A stretch of DNA of 64,000 nt from Candidatus Latescibacterota bacterium (GTDB lineage: Bacteria; Latescibacterota; UBA2968), in NCBI GenBank assembly GCA_965222605.1, contig OZ244960.1, positions 1,856,001 to 1,920,000 of the forward strand. The letters run 5' to 3'. A program made the position numbers and the translations under genes. The first letter of the stretch is position 1; every line of letters starts with the position of its first letter. This document shows, piece by piece, positions 61,329 through 64,000 of the stretch. The notes under the pieces are model-generated. The model did not search any database, was not told the DNA's origin, and was given only the letters and a program-made list of their open reading frames with translations.

Positions 61329-61893
61329 TTCTGAAATAATTGACGACTCAGAGGCTTTGTATTACAGAGCGGGAGCTTCTTTCGAGCTTTTTCTTCACGG
61401 AATCAAAGTCGCTGTGCCTCATCGGGAAAAATTCCAACAAAAATATATCGGTTTGTTGGATATTTCTCATCATCTTATGGGGACTTGTATCGAGCAACAT
61501 ATAAAATCGCTTCTTACTCTCCAAAGGATTGACTATCAATACTCCCATGTGTATCAGGACCTATACAAGGAATTGCCTGATGACGTAAAGGCGAAAATTG
61601 AAACGGCGTATCGTGAAACCATAGAAAATTACCCATTGGAGAGAGAGACGATAAGCCGGGAGAACTTTAATGAAAGTTTTTCTATCATCGCTGAAGAGCA
61701 TGATAGGATGTCTAACTTCGAGGATTTATTGGAATTTTTGAGTATTGATATTCGCATAGAAAAAAAAAGATTCTCGCCTTATGATGATGAAAATTATATC
61801 AAGGGGGAGTTTTTTCATATCTTTTTTTCCTATCTCGATCAAATTGTCAAGAGAGAAATAGAGGATTTTAAGAAGCTGTTTTTAAAGCAATGA
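61294..61893 (+). CDS. HEPN-fold-like hypothetical protein
   Basis: CIEQHIKSLL...SHVYQDLYKELP resembles the HEPN pattern ExxLKALL...HxLxxLF..LP; overlaps upstream gene. Confidence 0.55.
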   Translation: MARFEKNSQKSDSEIIDDSEALYYRAGASFELFLHGIKVAVPHREKFQQKYIGLLDISHHLMGTCIEQHIKSLLTLQRIDYQYSHVYQDLYKELPDDVKAKIETAYRETIENYPLERETISRENFNESFSIIAEEHDRMSNFEDLLEFLSIDIRIEKKRFSPYDDENYIKGEFFHIFFSYLDQIVKREIEDFKKLFLKQ

Positions 61894-61898
61894 CTATG

Positions 61899-62078
61899 CA
61901 ATTTGCGCGCACGGGCACAGACGGACTGGAGAACCCCCGTATCTTCACCACGCCAGAAGTCACCCAGGCCCGGGGGCATCAATCAATGCCCTGGCCCAGA
62001 TCGGACAGCCTGCAGAATTGCTGGGTGGAGATGAAGGAAAGGATATTTGCCTTGTGAGTGGAAATTGGGTAATTATGT
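61899..62078 (+). pseudogene. Decayed 3' end of HsdR-like gene; direct repeat copy 2
   Basis: QFARTGTDGLENPRIFTTPEVTQA / NALAQIGQPAELL / VEMKERIFAL* with frameshifts. Confidence 0.6.
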
Positions 62079-62234
62079 GAATGCTGATTCTTTGCAAACT
62101 CGGAAGCCACCCTAACATCAGCCGCGAGTTATCTGGTGGGCCATCCATTCTATCTGCCAAAAGCGTAACGCAAAGGTTTGTCGATTACAGAGGTTCTTAT
62201 AGTAATGATGAAAGGCTCACGCGAAGGTGGAAAG

Positions 62235-63353
62235 ATGCAAAAGAAAAAAGAACTAATGCCATCCGCTGATTCTGCTACAGAGGAACTTTTTGAGCGCGTT
62301 GCTCAAATCATCGAATCGGCTCGTTCAAGTGTTGTCCATACAATCAATCAGGAACTGGTCCAAGCCTACTGGGCGATTGGGCGGGAAATCGTCCTGGAAT
62401 TGCAAGAAGGAGAGGCGCGTGCGGCGTATGGAAAGCAAGTGATTCGGAGACTGTCCGAACAATTGACTGAACGATTTGGAAAAGGATTTTCGGTATTGAA
62501 TCTGCAATTATTTCGTCAGTTTTACCTCGCCTACTCAGGAACGGATCAGATTTATTACACAGCGTGTAATAAATTGAAAATAAAACCAGAAACAGAGAAT
62601 GGACCGCGTACCCAATCCGGATTCCAATTTCACCCGAAATTAAGCTGGTCGCACTACCGTATTCTCATGCGAGTGGAGAAACTCGAAGCGCGTGCTTTTT
62701 ACGAGAAAGAAGCTGGGGAAAACGGCTGGAGCGTGCGTCAACTCGAGCGGCAAGTGGGTTCTCTCTTTTACGAGCGCCTGCTCAAGAGTCGGGACAAGAC
62801 CGGGATGTTGACCGAAGCCAATTCTGAAGCCAATCAAACGCAGGTGGTAGATGTAATCAAAGACCCATACATGCTGGAGTTCCTTGATTTGCCAGAATCG
62901 CCGCGCCTACAAGAGAGTGATTTGGAATCGGCCTTGATTGGAGCACTTCAGGAATTTCTTCTCGAATTGGGTAGCGGCTTTGCCTTCATAGGTCGCCAGA
63001 AACGGATCACGCTTGATGGCGATCATTTTTTTCCGGATCTGGTGTTTTATCACATTCGACTCCGGTGCTACGTGATTATTGACCTCAAAACGCGAAAACT
63101 CACGCATGGCGACATCGGGCAAATGCAGATGTATGTCGGGTATTATGACCAAGAGGTGCGCCGAGGAGATGAGAATGCCACCATCGGGTTAATTCTCTGC
63201 TCTGATAAAAATGACACCGTTGTCAAATACGTCTTGGGCGAACAGACTGAACACATCTTTGCCTCTCGATACAAATTGGAACTCCCCGACGAGGAAACGC
63301 TCCGCAAGGAATTGGCACGTGAGCGTGAGCTTTTGGAGAATAAACGAATTTGA
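62235..63353 (+). CDS. YhcG/DUF1016 PD-(D/E)XK nuclease
   Basis: YWAIGREI, LSWSHY, KDPYMLEFL, FLLELGSGFAF, DIGQMQMY, IGLILC. Confidence 0.93.
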   Translation: MQKKKELMPSADSATEELFERVAQIIESARSSVVHTINQELVQAYWAIGREIVLELQEGEARAAYGKQVIRRLSEQLTERFGKGFSVLNLQLFRQFYLAYSGTDQIYYTACNKLKIKPETENGPRTQSGFQFHPKLSWSHYRILMRVEKLEARAFYEKEAGENGWSVRQLERQVGSLFYERLLKSRDKTGMLTEANSEANQTQVVDVIKDPYMLEFLDLPESPRLQESDLESALIGALQEFLLELGSGFAFIGRQKRITLDGDHFFPDLVFYHIRLRCYVIIDLKTRKLTHGDIGQMQMYVGYYDQEVRRGDENATIGLILCSDKNDTVVKYVLGEQTEHIFASRYKLELPDEETLRKELARERELLENKRI

Positions 63354-63404
63354 TATTTCTTTTGATTGACACAAGCTCGAAATTGTCTATCGTAAGGAAA
63401 TGGC

Positions 63405-63728
63405 ATGAACACTTTGACATCTAAATCGCCGACCTCTGTTGTCAATGTTGAAACAGATGAGACGCATTTGACCGTCTTTCTAAATGACGGTCGTCGCATA
63501 TCTGTTCCTCTTGAATGGTACCCCAGATTGTATTACGGAACAGTAAAAGAAAGAAAGGATTGGCGCCCCTTTGGATTTGAAAACCGTGCAATCGCTTGGG
63601 ATAGTCTCGACGAGCATATTTCTGTTGAAGGATTGTTAGACGAGCGTCCAAGTAGCGAAAGTCCGCAATCAATTCAACGGTGGCTTTTGTCAAGGGGGCA
63701 AAAGTGCGAGAATGAACTGACCGTGTGA
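63405..63728 (+). CDS. DUF2442 putative antitoxin
   Basis: LNDGRRISVPLEWYPRL, WDSLDEHISVEGLL. Confidence 0.88.
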   Translation: MNTLTSKSPTSVVNVETDETHLTVFLNDGRRISVPLEWYPRLYYGTVKERKDWRPFGFENRAIAWDSLDEHISVEGLLDERPSSESPQSIQRWLLSRGQKCENELTV

Positions 63729-63906
63729 CAAGTTTGTGGCTTGCTTTCTGAGAATAAGCGCCGAGAGCCTCTTAAAACACAGGCTTTCGGCATTATTGTA
63801 TATAATCCCAAAAGCGAGCCTATCGGTTTCTGATGTTGTTAATCGCGGGGTAAATGAACAGGCTGAGCGCAAGATAGAAGTTTCTTGAATAGATAGAGCA
63901 ACGACC

Positions 63907-64000
63907 ATGACGACCATCAGTATAACCATACCCGATTCGCTTCACGCAACAGTCAGGGATATTGTCAAGCGTGAAGGCATATCATTCGAACAATTTATCC
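63907..64000 (+). CDS. RHH/HicB-like antitoxin (truncated by window end)
   Basis: Manual translation MTTISITIPDSLHATVRDIVKREGISFEQFI. Confidence 0.7.
   Translation, partial: MTTISITIPDSLHATVRDIVKREGISFEQFI

Overview
Bacterial chromosomal window of about 50% GC by eye. The GWxTD, DUF1800/DUF1501 and dockerin/EF-hand-tailed secreted proteins suggest a Latescibacterota/Gemmatimonadota-like organism (inference). Most of it is housekeeping and metabolism: holB-metG-tatD-rsmA, DnaQ-DinG, a short RelA/SpoT homolog, ubiA/ubiX, topA-xerC, aceE/aceF/lpdA, ilvD. There are two accessory regions. (1) An ~8.7 kb defence-like island splits aceE from aceF. It encodes a Swt1-HEPN/DUF499 ATPase, an RxxxxH orphan, a DUF1156 methylase, a GIY-YIG nuclease and an NYN RNase. 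(2) A low-GC block at 58.5-62 kb is bracketed by two decayed copies of a probable hsdR 3' end and followed by YhcG and orphan antitoxins. The strongest candidate for an undescribed system is the NYN gene. It is surrounded by three copies of a minus-strand unit made of a sigma70-type promoter, a ~56-nt double-hairpin RNA and a terminator. G-U wobbles and GNRA loops fix the strand, and the layout suggests an RNA-antitoxin/RNase (type III TA-like) module. No tRNA, rRNA or CRISPR array was seen. All family assignments are motif recognition by eye, without database searches.
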